NCBI GenBank assembly: GCA_964473825.1
Contig: CAYYQL010000009.1
Location: 33,499-80,103, forward strand
Source of the DNA: an uncultured archaeon
Lineage (GTDB): Archaea; Asgardarchaeota; Thorarchaeia; Thorarchaeales; Thorarchaeaceae
Direction: 5' to 3'
Length of the DNA: 46,605 nucleotides
Shown one piece after another: positions 1 to 9,738 of the stretch. A program made the translations under genes and the position numbers. The notes under the pieces were generated by a model that worked only from the letters and a program-made list of their open reading frames with translations, was not told the DNA's origin and did no database searches. How positions within the stretch are numbered: the first letter of the stretch is position 1; every line of letters begins with the position of its first letter.

Positions 1-2
1 GG

Positions 3-740
3 TGACCCTGGGTGATAGGGGGTCTTAGCAAAAGCCCCAAATTCGTCCACGAAACTAAATCTCGTCAACTTCAGGAGCAGGTCAGCTTCGCGATTGTAGA
101 TGAGGGCCGCTCCAGATACAATCCGTATCTCCTCGTCCCAGGTATCTGAGTCATTCCCCGGATGACGCACTTTATACGTGAGCTCTACGCGCATGAGTTG
201 GCGCACTGGATCGCAATCGATAACTCCCTGTCTCTTGACTATCCTTCCATCAGGGAGTTCCACGGGGTTTTCTTCAAATCTTGAATGCTCATCCATTGTG
301 CCAGCTGGATACAAATCTAGTATGAATATTCCATCTGGAGATAGATGACGATGTACGCATTCTAAGGTTGAGATCTGGTCTTGTGTGGTCATAGCGTGAC
401 CTAAAGACGCGGGAATGATGATGAGCTTGAAGACCTTATCGAGTTCAAAATCACGCATATCAGCCTCAACCAACGATATCCGTCCTTGAACGTCTGAATC
501 CAACTCCTCCATCTCTGCCATGAAATGGGCAATCATCGACGGCGAGTTCTCAACAGCAGTGACCACGAATCCATGATTTGCCAGATATCGAGATACTCGT
601 CCGGTTCCAGCTCCTATATCGAGGATAGGACTGCCCTGTTCTCTGGCATAATCGAGATAGAAGGGCAAATCTTCTTGTGTGGAAAAGTAATCATAGAACT
701 CTGCAACTCCCTCGTAAGAGGGGCCCAAGTCTTCTTCCAA
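3..740 (-). CDS. Class I SAM-dependent methyltransferase, 3' end runs off the window edge
   Basis: Not in the ORF track. Manual translation from TTG at 740 gives MEEDLGPSYEGVAEFYDYFSTQEDLPFYLDYAREQGSPILDIGAGTGRVSRYLANHGFVVTAVENSPSM, containing SAM motif I (ILDIGAGTGR). The same frame reads VDEFGAFAKTPYHPGS at the window start. Confidence 0.88.
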   Translation of the reverse strand, partial: MEEDLGPSYEGVAEFYDYFSTQEDLPFYLDYAREQGSPILDIGAGTGRVSRYLANHGFVVTAVENSPSMIAHFMAEMEELDSDVQGRISLVEADMRDFELDKVFKLIIIPASLGHAMTTQDQISTLECVHRHLSPDGIFILDLYPAGTMDEHSRFEENPVELPDGRIVKRQGVIDCDPVRQLMRVELTYKVRHPGNDSDTWDEEIRIVSGAALIYNREADLLLKLTRFSFVDEFGAFAKTPYHPGS

Positions 741-855
741 TCTATATTCGGCTCCTAGTCTGCACGTACTTGGATGTGTGGTCTTCCAATAAAAGAAAGA
801 AGGTGTGCGTCAAGTAGGCCTCGATACTTCAAGGAACCCACTGACGCAGTGAAAA

Positions 856-1050
856 TCACCTGAAGTGGCGCATTTTCGAGGACGCGTGACGGCGTCTATT
901 CAACGAAATATCGGCCCCTTTTCGTTCATCCAGAACAGAAAGCACATAGGGCCTGTCAGCTGTCATACGCTGGACCATCACGCCCATTCTGTCCTCCTCA
1001 GGCCATTGGTCAAGAGGAATGTTTTCAAACATCACCTTTCTCTCATTCAT
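856..1050 (-). CDS. Small hypothetical protein (64 aa) with a basic C-terminus
   Basis: ATG preceded by an SD-like GAAGTGAT; same strand as both neighbours and fills an otherwise empty gap. No recognisable motif. Confidence 0.5.
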   Translation of the reverse strand: MNERKVMFENIPLDQWPEEDRMGVMVQRMTADRPYVLSVLDERKGADISLNRRRHASSKMRHFR

Positions 1051-1244
1051 GGTCGTATCACTTCCATTGGAGATGGCCCACTGTTCGGCTCCTGCAATCA
1101 GAAGGCAGTTGCCCAGTGAGTCGACTCGTTCACAATCGAGTCTGCAAGGTAGACATTGTTGGGGCTTCTCAATTCCCTTACTGCTATATTCGGAAGAAGA
1201 AATATCAATTTTACGAATCTCAGCAAGAAGTACAAGGTCCCAGT

Positions 1245-2993
1245 CTACTGAAGCGAAGCATCTGAGCAGTAAAGATGGGTACTTCGTTCGTATGGCGAGC
1301 GATACCTAGACGGAACCGGGTAGTTGCTGAACGAGTGCGAATACCATCTCTCAAATATACCCTCAAGCTCGCGCTCCATTCGATTGAGCATAGATTCGCT
1401 CATAGCGGGAGCCACCGTGAAGACATGACCATGTGATGTGGCCAAAGAGTTGTTCTTGAGAAGAGGCTTTCCGTTCAAGAAAGTCATGTGAGCTCTTCTG
1501 AAGCCACGTACGATCTGCTCCGGATCTGATGTGAGGTCCGTTTTCATCGGGAAGATGTCGTAGACTGAAATATCAGCGTCGGCACCGATTCCGAGGTGTC
1601 CCTTGTGCTCCTGAATGCCCAGAATCTTTGCAGGAGCAGCCCTTGTTGATATTGCCAAGTCATAGAGACTCCACTCTCTGCCAATCGATTCGAGAGCTGA
1701 CCGTTTCCGAACTTCGGGATGCACTTTCTCCAACCACTCCATCCGCAGCTTATGGCTCATCAACCAAGCAAACACCAGTGGATAGCGCGTGAAAGGTCCG
1801 GCATTCGGACTGTCTGTGGTGACAACACAACGCCATATGTCGTTGACTGAGAGGGCATATTCAAGACCGATGGCCCACTGTACCGAGTTCACCATGGAGT
1901 TCGGATTGTAGTAATAGGGAACAACACCTCCACCGCCGGGCATCTCGGCATCGGCTGCAAGATTGGCCCACTTGTTGCCAGTCAGCTTGTACAATGACTG
2001 CTGGAAAGGGCCGTCCCCTGTCATGGTCATTGCTTCTCCAAACGTGATTTGTCCAATGTCCGCTGTGAAGTGCTTGTTCTTGTTCGCGTAGTGAGCTAGC
2101 TGCAGTCCCCCCGATGTGATCTCATCCCATGATTTAGATCCGTCCGTAGAACTTGACATAGCCTCAAACGAAACATGGGTCAGATGAACAATCTGGTCAC
2201 GTCCACTGTGACCTGCAACCTTCTTCAAGGCGTCCAGTGTGTCCAGAGTAGTCGCGAGATTGCCAACTGTACCCAGGTTGTTTGGATGGAGGTGTGTGAC
2301 ATGGGGTAGCCCCAGAGACTCGACGGTTTCAGCAACCCCGACAATTATGTCACGCGGCGTGATACTCCAGTCAGGAATCTCATCGTCGAGACCATGCACG
2401 TTGGAGCCGTGGGCCCACGCGTAGACCCCTCCGGGGTTCACCAGTTTGACACCCCATCCACCAGTGTTCTCTAGAATCCATGATATGTAGCCAGCAAGGC
2501 CCTCCAGGTCATTTTCCTGCAGGAAGTGGAAAGTCACGGTGCTATTGCAGAAGAGAGGAAGCATTGCCATGTTCAGGTTGGGAACGTCCGCAATCTCTTC
2601 CCAGCAGCTCAGTGCTTTCAGAGGGAGAACTGCTGGTTCCACGACTGTTGTGTAACCCATCTCGCAGTATCTGTGACCGACAATGTAGGAACTAGGCAGG
2701 ACGTGACCCGAACCTGAACGAGGGGCATCGAACTTCGAAACCGGTTCTTGCCGGTGGAAATCAGGCGCCAAGAGTCGCGCCATAGACATCTTGCTTCCGA
2801 GGATGTGGGAGTGCATGTCAACCCCACCAGGCATCACCAATCGTTCACCGATATCAACGATCTCTGCCTTATTGCTAACAGAATCGACTATGCTACCGCT
2901 TGAAATCGAGAGATCCATAATCTCACCATCAATACGATTGGCTGGATCGACAACGTAGCATCGCCTCAGGAGGAATTCGTTCCCGGCCGTCAC
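1245..2993 (-). CDS. fwdA: Formylmethanofuran dehydrogenase subunit A (amidohydrolase)
   Basis: MPGGVDMHSH metal-binding motif, MGYTTVVEPA, GVKLVNPGG, HLHPNNLG, TMTGDGP, QWAIGLE, TTDSPNAGPF, GHLGIGADADI; overlaps the fwdB stop. Confidence 0.95.
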   Translation of the reverse strand: MTAGNEFLLRRCYVVDPANRIDGEIMDLSISSGSIVDSVSNKAEIVDIGERLVMPGGVDMHSHILGSKMSMARLLAPDFHRQEPVSKFDAPRSGSGHVLPSSYIVGHRYCEMGYTTVVEPAVLPLKALSCWEEIADVPNLNMAMLPLFCNSTVTFHFLQENDLEGLAGYISWILENTGGWGVKLVNPGGVYAWAHGSNVHGLDDEIPDWSITPRDIIVGVAETVESLGLPHVTHLHPNNLGTVGNLATTLDTLDALKKVAGHSGRDQIVHLTHVSFEAMSSSTDGSKSWDEITSGGLQLAHYANKNKHFTADIGQITFGEAMTMTGDGPFQQSLYKLTGNKWANLAADAEMPGGGGVVPYYYNPNSMVNSVQWAIGLEYALSVNDIWRCVVTTDSPNAGPFTRYPLVFAWLMSHKLRMEWLEKVHPEVRKRSALESIGREWSLYDLAISTRAAPAKILGIQEHKGHLGIGADADISVYDIFPMKTDLTSDPEQIVRGFRRAHMTFLNGKPLLKNNSLATSHGHVFTVAPAMSESMLNRMERELEGIFERWYSHSFSNYPVPSRYRSPYERSTHLYCSDASLQ

Positions 2994-4285
2994 AGCCTTG
3001 CCTCCAGACCTTCACGCAACATGCGCAACACCTCCCGATCGGGAAGAACCCCGTCTGGTGGGTCAACCACCTTCTTTAGATAGAGGGGAAGTCCATCCAT
3101 TCGAACGGCGACCCCATCGGATTCAATGCCTGACTGCGTCGTGGGAATATTCACCTTGGCCACGGTTGAAGTGAGATTCTGTTTGGGATCAAGATTGATG
3201 ACAGGGATTGTACTCAGAGTTCTAACTGCGTCAACCGGAAAATGCGCGCAAGGATCCGCAGCTATGTTCAGTAGAGCGTCAGCCTCCTCTCTTCTGAGCA
3301 AATCGACTGCGGAGTATTCTCCAGGCTGATAACGAGGATAGCCTCGAGAAAAGTCCACCGCGAAGGGATAGCCTGTAGTCCAGGTGGAGGTCTCATTTGC
3401 ACCTGCAACGTTGAAGTGTCCGCGCATCGGAATCATGTTCCATTTTCCAAACTCATTGAGATCTTGCAGTAAACGTATCGCTGCGTCAACGTTACGATGC
3501 CGTCCACTGGACTGTGTGAGCCCGAGGCCGAAGAAGAACACACCGTAGTGTGCTGCCTTCAAGCGCTCAGCCATGTCCCACAACTTGGAGGAACTAACAC
3601 CACCCACAGTGGATACGTCGAGCTGCCTACCGTTTACAAAAGCACGGAGAACACTGAGAATCTCTAAATCGCTTCCGACTTCGATATTGATGAAGCGGGT
3701 GGCAAATCTCGAGGTGGCGGTTTCACGTACATCCACCACCCATACTTCTCGTTCTTCGCGTGGTTCTTGAACATAGACTCCGGGCGCCGTGACGAATCTT
3801 GCAATATGACGTGGATGGGCATGGACAGGATTGCAACCCCAGTAGATAACGAGGTCAGCTCGGTTACGAGCCTCGGTCAAAGCCCCGTGTGGTTCTCCAG
3901 ACTCCTGTACGCCAATGATTGAGGGGCCATGACAGACCGATGATGTATTGTCAACGATGCCACCAAGAATCTCGGCGATGTGATAGGCCTCACGGTGGGC
4001 GTCATTCTCAGTGGAGCTCAGACCATATAGAAGAGGGCGTCGGGCCTCTGACAGAATGCTAATAGATTCATCCAAGGCGTTCTCAAGAGTGCATTCCCTC
4101 AGGTGGTCTTCCTTTCTGATTGTTGGTCTGAGCATACGGTGTTGCATGTGATTCAGGAACTTCGACTTGCTTATAGCACAGCCATTCTTGTTCTCAACAA
4201 CTACTCCGTTCTCGACGCGGATTACTAGATCATCACATAGACATCCACAGAAGGGGCAGACAACATGCTCGACTTCTCGATTCAT
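2990..4285 (-). CDS. fwdB: Formylmethanofuran dehydrogenase subunit B (W/Mo-pterin catalytic subunit)
   Basis: N-terminal CPFCGCLCDD Fe-S motif, SSVCHGP (Cys metal ligand), WGCNPVHAHPRH, MRGHFNV, TGYPFAVDFSRGYP. Start moved to ATG 4285, which forms an ATGA overlap with fwdD. Confidence 0.95.
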   Translation of the reverse strand: MNREVEHVVCPFCGCLCDDLVIRVENGVVVENKNGCAISKSKFLNHMQHRMLRPTIRKEDHLRECTLENALDESISILSEARRPLLYGLSSTENDAHREAYHIAEILGGIVDNTSSVCHGPSIIGVQESGEPHGALTEARNRADLVIYWGCNPVHAHPRHIARFVTAPGVYVQEPREEREVWVVDVRETATSRFATRFINIEVGSDLEILSVLRAFVNGRQLDVSTVGGVSSSKLWDMAERLKAAHYGVFFFGLGLTQSSGRHRNVDAAIRLLQDLNEFGKWNMIPMRGHFNVAGANETSTWTTGYPFAVDFSRGYPRYQPGEYSAVDLLRREEADALLNIAADPCAHFPVDAVRTLSTIPVINLDPKQNLTSTVAKVNIPTTQSGIESDGVAVRMDGLPLYLKKVVDPPDGVLPDREVLRMLREGLEARL

Positions 4286-4686
4286 CCTCTTGCCCCCATA
4301 ATGGACTGCAGTAACTCCTCGGGATCTAGAATCGGTTCCTGTTTGGCTGCGAATAATTTGGCACAAGTGCCTTTGAAGTCAGGCATTCCTGTCTCCAGGG
4401 TGTCCGACCCGATGAGCATGTTGGCATAGGGACCACATGGGAGGAATGCTATCTTGGGGTCCATCGTTGAGTTCTCTTTGGCCCTCACCACAACCGAGCC
4501 ATGATAAGTCTCGACACTTACATGGTCACCTTCATGTACATCTAATACTTTCAAGACTAGAGGGCTGATTTCACAATAAGACACTGCCTGGGCGTATTCA
4601 TCAGTGAGTTTCCCCTTCTCCATTGCCCGACCCTGGCGTAGAGTACGACCTGTGACTAGCGTTACTTCTACGCCCACTCGTGTCAT
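4282..4686 (-). CDS. fwdD: Formylmethanofuran dehydrogenase subunit D (molybdopterin dinucleotide-binding)
   Basis: LVTGRTLRQG, FLPCGPYAN and TGMPDFKG motifs; first gene of the fwdDBA unit. Confidence 0.92.
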   Translation of the reverse strand: MTRVGVEVTLVTGRTLRQGRAMEKGKLTDEYAQAVSYCEISPLVLKVLDVHEGDHVSVETYHGSVVVRAKENSTMDPKIAFLPCGPYANMLIGSDTLETGMPDFKGTCAKLFAAKQEPILDPEELLQSIMGARG

Positions 4687-4836
4687 CTCAATCAGCTCGG
4701 CTGCTGTGCACAGGAGAGCAACTTAGGAGATATGATGCTTTCGACTAGATGCATTCAGTCCCTTCGAAGCTTTTATCAGATAGCTTTCGTGGTGGCGGCA
4801 AGAATAACTCTGTCACCACAGGTAGATGAAGGACAA

Positions 4837-5802
4837 ATGGCAGGCAAGAAGATTCTCAAGGATTTGTACACTCGAACCCTCAAGGTCAGGCTCTTCGAAG
4901 AAGAAGTCTGGGAGATTTTCGGTAGAAATCTCGTCCCCGGTACTCTACATCTCTATCTTGGCCAAGAAGCAGTAGCCGCAGGAGTGACTGCTGCTCTAAA
5001 GGAGAGCGACTGGATTCAGAGCACTCACAGAGGTCATGGACATGTGGTAGCCAAAGGAATAGATATGAAGAGGGCCATGGCTGAACTTCTCGGAAAGAAG
5101 ACGGGGTCGTGTAAGGGAAAGGGCGGTTCGATGCACATCACGCAATTTGACGTAGGGGTTCTGGGAGCCACAGGCGTTGTTGCTTCAGGACTTCCCATTG
5201 CAGTAGGTGCTGCACTCTCTTGTAAGATGAGAAGCACAGATGATGTCGTTGCATGTTTCTTTGGCGATGGTGCGTCGAATAATGGGACGTTCTGTGAATC
5301 GCTCAACATGGCTGCAATCTGGAACCTTCCTGTCATCTGGGTGGTAGAGAACAACTTCTATGCAATGGGCACACCAATCAAGATGACGTGCCCTTCGGAT
5401 AACATCGCGAAGCGAGCGGAGGGATATTGCACTCCTGCAGAAGTGGTCGATGGAAATAACGCACTTGAGGTCTACGAGGCAACCAAGAAGGCGGTGGAAA
5501 GAGCCCGAAAGGGCGAAGGTCCCAGTCTGATTGAGTGCCGAACATACCGCCAGAAGGGACACTCACGATTTGATCCCGCCAAGTATCGACCGAAAGAAGA
5601 GGAAGAAGAATGGCTGAGTAGAGACCCGGTTGAGATCATCAAGAGGATTGCCATCGAAAAAGGAGCTATATCGGAGAAGGAGGCGGAGAAGATTCGCAAC
5701 AAACTCAAGGATGAAGTAGAGAAAGCGGGAGAGTTTGCAATCGAATCTGAGGAACCAGCACCTGAAGAGGCTTTGGATGATGTCTATGCGGAGGCGTTCT
5801 AG
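4837..5802 (+). CDS. TPP-dependent 2-oxoacid/acetoin dehydrogenase E1 alpha subunit
   Basis: HLYLGQEA, STHRGHGH, GKGGSMH, TPP motif GDGASN...ENN, and YRQKGHS. Start moved to ATG 4837. Substrate not determinable. Confidence 0.93.
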   Translation: MAGKKILKDLYTRTLKVRLFEEEVWEIFGRNLVPGTLHLYLGQEAVAAGVTAALKESDWIQSTHRGHGHVVAKGIDMKRAMAELLGKKTGSCKGKGGSMHITQFDVGVLGATGVVASGLPIAVGAALSCKMRSTDDVVACFFGDGASNNGTFCESLNMAAIWNLPVIWVVENNFYAMGTPIKMTCPSDNIAKRAEGYCTPAEVVDGNNALEVYEATKKAVERARKGEGPSLIECRTYRQKGHSRFDPAKYRPKEEEEEWLSRDPVEIIKRIAIEKGAISEKEAEKIRNKLKDEVEKAGEFAIESEEPAPEEALDDVYAEAF

Positions 5803-6777
5803 GTGACAGAGAAGACATACCGAGAAGCACTCAGAGAGGGGCTTCGAGAAGAGATGGCACGTGATGAGACAGTCTTTCTCATGGGTGAGGATATTGGAAG
5901 GAACTGGGGCGGCGCATTCAAAGTCACCAAGGGTCTTGCTGAGGAATTTGGCGACGAGAGAGTGCGTGATACTCCAATCTCGGAGAACACCATTGCTGGT
6001 GCAGCCGTAGGAGCCGCCATCACAGGCCTACGTCCCGTCGCAGAGATCATGTTTGGAGACCTCATTACTCTGGCAATGGACCAGATATGCAACCAAGCCG
6101 CGAAGATGAGGTACATGTTCGGCGGGCAGACATCAGTCCCACTTGTCCTTCGCAGCGTATTTGGCGGTGGGAAGAATATTGCGTCGCATCACTCTCAGAG
6201 CCTGCAGGCATGGTTTATGCACACACCCGGGCTGAAGGTCTGTGTACCTGCCTTTGCGAGCGATGTCAAGGGTCTCATCAAGACAGCAATTCGCAATCCT
6301 GACCCGGTTATGTTCTTTGAACACAAGCTTGTCTATGACAAGAAGGAAGAAGTCCCAGATGACGACTACACGATATCACTCGGTGAAGCACGAGTACATC
6401 GGAAGGGGGCTGACGTGACAGTATGGGCGACCTTCATGATGGCTCACAAGGCAATCGAAGTTGCAGATTCGCTGAACAATGACGGAATCAGTGTAGAGGT
6501 TATAGATCCGAGAACACTTGTACCTCTTGACAAGAAGACATTGATCAACTCAGTTAAGAAGACAGGTAGGCTTGTGTTGGTGACAGAAGAAACTAGGACA
6601 GGAGCAACAACAGCTGAGGTTTCGGCTCTGGTCCAGGAAGAAGCGTTTGATTGGCTAGATGCACCTATCCAGAGAGTTAATGCCCCCGACACCCCTGTTC
6701 CGTTCAGTCCGAGTCTGGAGAACTTCTTCATTCCAGATGAGAAGAGTATCGAGAAGGCGATACGATCGATTGTTTAG
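5803..6777 (+). CDS. 2-oxoacid/acetoin dehydrogenase E1 beta subunit
   Basis: MGEDIG, RVRDTPISE, RPVAEIMF, HHSQSL, DPVMFFEHK, SVEVIDPRTL; abuts E1 alpha. Confidence 0.93.
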   Translation: MTEKTYREALREGLREEMARDETVFLMGEDIGRNWGGAFKVTKGLAEEFGDERVRDTPISENTIAGAAVGAAITGLRPVAEIMFGDLITLAMDQICNQAAKMRYMFGGQTSVPLVLRSVFGGGKNIASHHSQSLQAWFMHTPGLKVCVPAFASDVKGLIKTAIRNPDPVMFFEHKLVYDKKEEVPDDDYTISLGEARVHRKGADVTVWATFMMAHKAIEVADSLNNDGISVEVIDPRTLVPLDKKTLINSVKKTGRLVLVTEETRTGATTAEVSALVQEEAFDWLDAPIQRVNAPDTPVPFSPSLENFFIPDEKSIEKAIRSIV

Positions 6778-6781
6778 GTGT

Positions 6782-8287
6782 CTAGTGTCGGCCCTGCAGA
6801 GTGAAGAATACAGTTGTTCCAATTCCCTCTTCACTCTCAAACCATATCTCCCCCTCGTGATTCTCGATCACCTTCTTGGCAGTGACCAGTCCTATGCCTG
6901 TACCATCGAAGTCAGCTGCATTATCTAGTCGCTGAAATGGTTCAAAGAGGGCGTCAGCGTTTTCAGTATCAAAGCCTATACCGTTGTCGCGAATGAAGAA
7001 GACCTCCGAGCCGTTCGCTCTTATCACGCCGAACTCAATCAGAGCGGATTCTGTCTTCTGTGTGTACTTCCATGCATTCCCAATGAGATTGGAGAGGAGA
7101 ATGTGTACCAAACTCGGATCGGCCACTGCATGCATTCCCTCTTCAATATCGATCGAAACTTCTCTGCCAGGGCTCTGCACGGTCAAATCTTGGATGATTT
7201 CATGCGCCATCTGCGATACATCAACCTCTTGCAGACTGGGCGAGCGAACAGAGAGGGAAGCCAGTTTCAGAAGCACTCTCATCAACTGGTCGACATAATC
7301 CACACGCCCCACTATCTCCTCGATGTACTCACCACATTCCTCATTATCTACCTTCACGCATGTGGCACCAATCAGCTCGACATAGCTGCGTATCACCTGT
7401 AGCGGGCTCTTGATATCGTGTGATAGCGATGCCGCGAATGCTTCAAGATCGCGATTTATCTCGTCCAGCTGTTCCACACGGGCCTGTTCTCGTTGGACAC
7501 TGAGCTCCAAGTCTCGAAAGAGGCTATCGTAAGGCTTCTGAAGGCTGTTCCTGATCATGCCAACATAGAGCAGGCTGAACGAAAGCAGTTTGAGATAGTG
7601 ACCGACCCAGTTCATCACTCCATACACATCTATATAGAGAGTGAAGGCAAGCTCAGAGCCCTGTGTGAGGAGGATTGATAGAATCAACAATCTCCAGAGT
7701 GTGGGATCGAACATCTCACGCTTCCTACCGTAGGCAAGAACAGCGATACAAAGAATCCCCACCACTACATATTCACTGATAATCTTGAAGAGGGTCAGGC
7801 CTATGCCCTCAATGTAACAATCTGGGAAGAGGCCAACGAATATCAGAACATGAAGAACCACAGTGATCACTGCATAACACATGAACACAGTCTGCTTGTT
7901 CGTCCTACGTTGCACAAATCCAATGGCAATCAGAATCGAGGCACTCTCAAGGTAGCGAGCGGCTATCCAGAGCTGAGTCGGTAGATTCGCGTCATAACCA
8001 GGAAAGACGCCCATTCCGCGGTAGGCAAAAGTGTGGGTGAGATCCAACATCGCCACAAAGAGATATGTCACCCCCAAGACGAGGAAGAAACTGTGCTCCG
8101 TGAATCGTTCCGTGTTCCAAGCCACTGCGAAGACCCCGAAGGCTACGAGAATCGCTGAGCACTCCACAATGACATGGAAGAGCAGGTAGCTGTACAGGCT
8201 GACTATGTAGAGCATGATGCCGGCCAGGGCTGCAATAATTGCGAACCCAATGAGTCGGAGTTCGCGATAGGTCTTCAAGCTCCTCAT
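6782..8287 (-). CDS. Membrane sensor histidine kinase (MASE3 sensor + HisKA + HATPase)
   Basis: About 7-8 TM segments with MASE3-type motifs (FH..E, DLTHTFAYRGM, NLPTQLWIAAR); H-box SHDIKSPL, N-box NLIGNAWKYT, G1 DNGIGF, G2 GTGIGL. Confidence 0.9.
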   Translation of the reverse strand: MRSLKTYRELRLIGFAIIAALAGIMLYIVSLYSYLLFHVIVECSAILVAFGVFAVAWNTERFTEHSFFLVLGVTYLFVAMLDLTHTFAYRGMGVFPGYDANLPTQLWIAARYLESASILIAIGFVQRRTNKQTVFMCYAVITVVLHVLIFVGLFPDCYIEGIGLTLFKIISEYVVVGILCIAVLAYGRKREMFDPTLWRLLILSILLTQGSELAFTLYIDVYGVMNWVGHYLKLLSFSLLYVGMIRNSLQKPYDSLFRDLELSVQREQARVEQLDEINRDLEAFAASLSHDIKSPLQVIRSYVELIGATCVKVDNEECGEYIEEIVGRVDYVDQLMRVLLKLASLSVRSPSLQEVDVSQMAHEIIQDLTVQSPGREVSIDIEEGMHAVADPSLVHILLSNLIGNAWKYTQKTESALIEFGVIRANGSEVFFIRDNGIGFDTENADALFEPFQRLDNAADFDGTGIGLVTAKKVIENHEGEIWFESEEGIGTTVFFTLQGRH

Positions 8288-8478
8288 TCTTCGGTCCGCT
8301 CCCTTGGCGGTAGCGCGATGCTTCCTCTACCTGTATCACTGGAATATAAGACCTCTCGTGTGATAAGGGAGAACAACAGAAGCACAACAGTATCGTTAAA
8401 TAGTTAGGCCTGTCCTGAGCGAATGTACTGTCCCTCAGGAATTTCGGTCCCACCAGGCTTGCTCTCGGAGGTTATCAA

Positions 8479-9702
8479 ATGGTCACAACGATGATTATGC
8501 AGAGAATGAGCGTTGCTATGGAATACGGCGTCATCCTCAAATGGCTGAAGAAGGAAGGAGAGAAGGTAGAGAAGGGTGACCCAGTGGTAGAAATCTTCGG
8601 GGAGAAGAATGAATTCGAGCTGGAGGCACCCGAGAGCGGGGTTCTGTTGAAGATTCTGTGTGATGTGGACGATGAGATACCAATCAGTGAACCAATCGCA
8701 ATCATAGGTAAGAAGGGTGAGGCGATTCCAGATGTCAAGCCAGAGAAGCTCAACGAAGAACAACCCTCCCCGACGGAGACACTGAGGGAAACTCAAGAGA
8801 TCACTCCCGTCACGAAGACACCGAGTAGGTCCACCGGCGCTATAACACTTCCCGGCGGGCGCATTAAGGCATCACCTCGTGCCAAGAAGAAGGCCCGCGA
8901 ACTGGGAGTAGATATCTCTCTTGTCACCGGCACTGGGCCTGACGGGCGAATTGTGGAAGAAGATGTCACTCGGTTTGAGGAAACAGCTCCAGCAGCGCTA
9001 GCTGATGAACGAGAAGTAAAGATGACCGAAGCTATGACTCCACTGCGGCGCACCATAGCAAGACGCATGACCGAAAGTTCGCATAATCCACACATTACCA
9101 TGATCACAGAGATCGACATGACCGAGGTTGTGTCGCTTCGGAAGGAGATCAACCAGCGCGTTGAGAAGACCCTTGGAATCAGAGTTTCATTCAATGATAT
9201 CATTGTCAAGGCAGTAGCCGATACTCTGGAGAAGTTTCCCAAGTTCAACGCAACTCTCGCTGGAAACCAGATACACATGTTTGCAGATATCAACATAGGA
9301 GTCGCTATGGCCACCGATGATGGCCTTATTGTTCCCGTTGTGAAGTCTGCAAGTGTCAAGTCGATATCTGAGATTGCTCAAGAAACAAAGGCACTTGCGA
9401 AAAAAGTACGAAACAATTCGCTTGAACCAACTGATCTACAAGGTGGCACGTTCACTGTTTCCAATCTTGGTCCTTTCGAGGTCGACCTTTTCATCCCCGT
9501 GATAAACCCGCCCGAGACCGCAATCCTAGCTCTTGGGGCCATAAAGAAAAAACCTGTAGTCGTAGAGGACATGATTGCCATCAGACACACTATGATGGCA
9601 AGCTGTGCGGTCGATCACCGAGTCCTTGACGGTGCTCCAGCGGGAGCATTCTTGGCCGCCCTGAAAGACACCCTAGAGAACCCCTATTTCATGAAGATTT
9701 AG
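8479..9702 (+). CDS. Dihydrolipoamide acyltransferase (E2): lipoyl, E3-binding and catalytic domains
   Basis: Lipoyl domain (KWLKKEGEKV...GEKN...EAPESG), PSBD (ASPRAKK...GTGPDGRIVEED), and catalytic TFTVSNLG and DHRVLDG. Confidence 0.93.
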   Translation: MVTTMIMQRMSVAMEYGVILKWLKKEGEKVEKGDPVVEIFGEKNEFELEAPESGVLLKILCDVDDEIPISEPIAIIGKKGEAIPDVKPEKLNEEQPSPTETLRETQEITPVTKTPSRSTGAITLPGGRIKASPRAKKKARELGVDISLVTGTGPDGRIVEEDVTRFEETAPAALADEREVKMTEAMTPLRRTIARRMTESSHNPHITMITEIDMTEVVSLRKEINQRVEKTLGIRVSFNDIIVKAVADTLEKFPKFNATLAGNQIHMFADINIGVAMATDDGLIVPVVKSASVKSISEIAQETKALAKKVRNNSLEPTDLQGGTFTVSNLGPFEVDLFIPVINPPETAILALGAIKKKPVVVEDMIAIRHTMMASCAVDHRVLDGAPAGAFLAALKDTLENPYFMKI

Positions 9703-9738
9703 TATAAGACATGATGGGCAAGGGACAGTAATCATCAG

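Noticed and set aside
525-758. 77-aa plus-strand ORF in the track
   Set aside because: It is the antisense shadow of the minus-strand methyltransferase, which has clear SAM motifs.
2990-4285. Possible selenocysteine in FwdB
   Set aside because: The ligand position is a Cys codon (VCHG) and the ORF has no in-frame TGA.
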